Assembly (NCBI GenBank): GCA_965240325.2
Contig: OZ251223.1
Location: forward strand, 1,674,001 to 1,738,000
DNA length: 64,000 nt
Reading direction: 5' to 3'
Source: Rebecca billardiae RCC1528
Lineage: Eukaryota > Protista > Haptophyta
The notes beneath the pieces were generated by a model. It made no database searches and was not told the origin of the DNA. It saw nothing but the letters and a program-made list of their open reading frames with translations. Positions 60,690 through 64,000 of the stretch are shown piece by piece. The number at the start of each line of letters is the position of its first letter. The first letter of the stretch is position 1. A program made the translations under genes and the position numbers.

Positions 60690-60850
60690 AATCTCGCCTG
60701 CCTGAGCTGTGTGCGTCTCTTATTCTTAGTAAACTGTAATCTCGCCTTAGCCTGAGCAGAGTGAGCTGTGTGCGTCTCTTATATTCTTAGTAAACTGTAA
60801 TCTCGCCTGCCTGAGCTGTGTGCGTAGCCTCTTATTCTTAGTAAACTGTA
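60690..60850. repeat. Three degenerate ~48-60 bp tandem units (CTCGCCTGCCTGAGCTGTGTGCGTCTCTTATTCTTAGTAAACTGTA)
   Basis: Visible copies differing by small insertions. Confidence 0.85.
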
Positions 60851-62960
60851 TGATCCGCTATGAACAGCGCAAGCAGGCCTACCGGCTACCCCCGGCTCAG
60901 GTGGAGTCCTCCAGCAGCTACGACCGGCGGCAGGTACAGCGCTATGAGGCCTGAGTCCTCGGACACCGACGAAATTCAGCTGTTGCTGGCGCAGTGCAGT
61001 AGTAGTGCCATTGGATGGCATCAGCTGTCTTGCCGCCCGGCTCGCGGTCGGCCCCCCGGAACCAACCACGCCTAAGGCACGGCCCTCGGCCAAGGGCAGT
61101 GAGGGTGAGAAAGCGCTCCGCCGCTGTCTGTCATCAGCGGGGTTGCTCATTCTACAGTTGACTAGTCACTGTATGCTTCGAAACGCACGCACGTGCAGCG
61201 CAGGCACCCTCCAGGCTCCAGGGCCAGTCCAATCTCTCTGTCTGGAGGCCGTTGGGTGACGCCTTTTGTCACCGCCCAAGCCAGGCTGGAAGCCACCGTG
61301 GCGCCGACTGTACTTCGTAGCGCTGCCGGTCTCAGACCATCCATTGACCAGTATGCCGTCCGCCCCCTGCTGGGCCGAGGTGGAGGCAGTCGGCGCCACC
61401 TTGTAGCACGTCCGTGCCCGCGTCGTGGTCACAGTTAGGCAGTATCATCCGATCCACCGCCAAATTAAACGTCGTCTGAACTCTTCGGCTGGGCGCCGAT
61501 GCCACTGTGGCGTGCCCACATGACGACGGCGCACTAGTCTAGACTAGTAGTAATGAATGTGATACACACGCCACCGAGTACGAGTACGATGGACACAGGG
61601 CTCTAGAGGGGGGCGTGACCTCGTGAGCTGCAAAGCCCCACCCGCTCCGGCCAGCATGGCCGCCTGGCATACTGTACGGCTCGCTGGCCAAGCTGGCTCG
61701 TTGGAACCAGCGAGCCAATGCATAATATACGGCTCGCTGGAACCACGCCCGCGCTGGCCAGGCGCCTTGCTGGCTGGAGCGGGTGGCGCTTCTCTCGAGC
61801 CCTGTGCTTGGTCGCGTGTCAGCCAGCTGTGAATGCGGCGGCAGGGCCTCGCTCAGCTAAACTGTACGAATACTGTACATAGTCACAGCATCTTACAGTA
61901 CATGCATAGCCGATTAATGATGTGCATGCATGTCCAATGGACATGGTTCACTGCATGGCGACCATCGATGCTGTAGTCGCGCCTGAAGCAAGTGAGCACG
62001 TCAGCGAGAGAGTCTAGAGAGCTCAGTCAACACCCTCAGACGGCGCGCGCTGATCTTCACGGTAAGTAAACCGGTGCGGATCGGCGCTGAGAGTGCTACG
62101 TAGCACCCGGCACGATCTCCATTCTCGTCCAAGCAGTTTAGATCCGATTCGTCCGACGACGAAGACCAGCGCGCGTGCACTGCTCACATGCTGCCCAAGC
62201 TGCGGAAGCTGCCAACGCGCCCAACGCCGCGGCCGCAGTCTGAGTGAATCGTATATTGCCTATTCAAGTGAATATATAGCCTATATATTGGCACGGCGGC
62301 GTCGCCGCGGCGCGGGCTAAAAGACTGCTATCACGGCTGCGCGGGCGGCTCAGCCTCAATCATATCGCATCACTTCACAGCTTAGAGCACGCAGCACTCA
62401 CTGGGCATCACGGCAGCAATATATTCAGTAATTCTGCGCACCGTCAACCTGAGGCATGCATCGGATCATGACGCAGCGCGATTCCCGCCGTAACTACGGT
62501 TATTGCCAGTAGCCAGCAGTATCGTAGTCGGTACTGGCGGGCTCGACCTGAGTAGGCGGCGCCGCAAGCCCGCAACCGAGACTCTGCACCTGACGCTCGG
62601 ATAGTCCCGGTCCCAGGACTCGCCGGCGACTACGTACTACGACTCGTACTCGGCGACCTGCCTGCAGGTCGGAGCAATTGGCCTCAGTCTTGAAGACATC
62701 GTGCTTGGAGATCGAGAAAACGTTGACATGCGTCACTTGGAGCGGGCCCGTCGTCTTCGGACACATGCGAGACTCGATTGAATACAAGTCGCCGCATCAT
62801 ACGGGTGTCATGGGTGGTGCACAAGTCCGCGGCGCGCCGTCGCCGTAGTCTGTCTGGCTCGCGTAGAATTAAGACAGGCACGAGGCGCGGGCTGCCGTCG
62901 CGCCGCCTTCGCGCGCGCCGCGTCGCGTGGGCTGCGGCGCGCTTGCGCCGCAGCGCTCAG

Positions 62961-64000
62961 TCAGTGATGCCCAACAGGCTCTGCGGGCGCCTCGGCCTGG
63001 TTTGTGCGCAGATCGTCGACCGAGCTTGCCACCCACGTGAGTCGGTCGACAGGGTACCAACGCTGGTCGCCCTCCGCCTCGCACCCGCTCTCGACGAGGC
63101 ACGCGCGGATGCCAATGTGCACAGCGGCGCGCACGTCGGTCGCGTAGCGGTCGCCCACCATCATTATCTGGGCGCGCCGCGGATGAGGGAGGTTGCGTTG
63201 CATCAGCGTTGCGGGGTGAGGTGAGCGTCGCGGGCGCGGTCAGGCGCGCGGGGCGAGCGGCACACCGTGTCAGGGTCACCATTGTGTCCCTGGTCGAGTA
63301 GCATCTGGACGGCGCGGCCGATCATGAACTCGCGGCCGATGTTACCGCCCTTGCCGCAGATGACGAACTGGTCGCGCAGCCACGGCGGCGCGGCGGGGCG
63401 GAGCATCGCGGCAAACATGCCAGGGCCGGGCACGGCAAAGACCTGCCCCGGGAATCGCCCATCGTGCTGCGAGTTGAACGGGTCGTCGGCTGTGTAGATG
63501 AAGTCGGCGCCCTTGCGCACGAGGATGGTGAGCTGCGCGATCAGCTCGTACGACCACCCCTGCGCCGCGCCGCCCGTCTCGCCACGCTGCACGTCGTGGT
63601 CGAGGAACATGGCGATCGCGACGCGCGGCACGACCGCGCGCACCTTCACGTCGTCGGCCGCGTCGCGCGCCTCGCGCAGCTTCTCCGCGTCGAGGGCCCA
63701 CGATTTGACCTCTTCGTCGGAGAGGGATTCGGCGATGGTCCACTCCTGCATCTTCTTCAGCCCGGTCGGCCGCGAGAGGAACATGTCGTACCAGAAATTG
63801 CCCCCGCCTGAGACGATGAAGAGCTTGGAGCCGGCCGGCAGCGTGTCGAGGATAAAGTCGACCTGCGCATCCGCGGCGGTGCGGATGTGCTCGACGGGCA
63901 CGGGCTCGGAGGAGATAGCGAACGGGGGCGTGAGCAGCTTCTTCTGCGTCCCCGTCGGCCCCTTGTACCCCGTGTTCGACAGGAAGACGTGCGGGATCTT
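62961..64000 (-). CDS. HAD-superfamily class IIA (NagD-like) hydrolase, 5'-partial; exons >64000-63266, 63167-62961
   Basis: VFLSNTG, PGPG, ICGKGG, and spliced IMMVGDRYATDVRAA..GIRACLVESG (motif IV). GT-AG intron at 63265-63168. Confidence 0.85.

Noticed and set aside
60690-60850. CRISPR-like array (also 12815-12982 and 13130-13228)
   Set aside because: No unique spacers, degenerate tandem units, eukaryotic context and no cas genes.
60072-62881. Short ORFs upstream of the giant gene
   Set aside because: No recognisable domains; the region looks like degenerate non-coding or repeat DNA.

Overview
Very GC-rich eukaryotic genomic DNA with short GT-AG introns (GTGCGC...GCGCAG). Composition and intron style suggest a haptophyte alga such as a Pavlovales member (inference). 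About 15 protein-coding genes are supportable: UMP-CMP kinase, EcxA-type zinc metalloprotease, an unknown low-complexity protein, bestrophin, a degenerate IDO-family protein, a TenA-like/zinc-knuckle protein, an SDR, a PAN+glycosyltransferase-like protein, a Myb factor, a tandem histidine phosphatase, MPP10, RNR small subunit, DCC1, a coiled-coil/SAP-like protein, a ~5,880-aa RCC1 + (SPPP)n + REJ/GPS polycystin-like receptor, and a HAD IIA hydrolase. Many are arranged head-to-head. The most striking unannotated structure is in the intergenic DNA: four complete copies (783-3038, 12479-15216, 17021-18633 inverted, 40103-41384) and one orphan end of a non-autonomous element family. Each begins TG, ends TCA and sits between a host A and T. 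Each has an asymmetric inverted repeat (at the 5' tip and 42-47 nt before the 3' tip), a 5' hairpin, and a terminal 7-bp stem with a GNA triloop. The structure is conserved even where the sequence differs. This resembles Helitron2/Helentron (HUH rolling-circle) elements with variable cargo. One copy is nested in a separate Mutator-like element with an 11-bp TIR and an 11-bp TSD. Most long ORFs in the track are GC-driven shadow frames.
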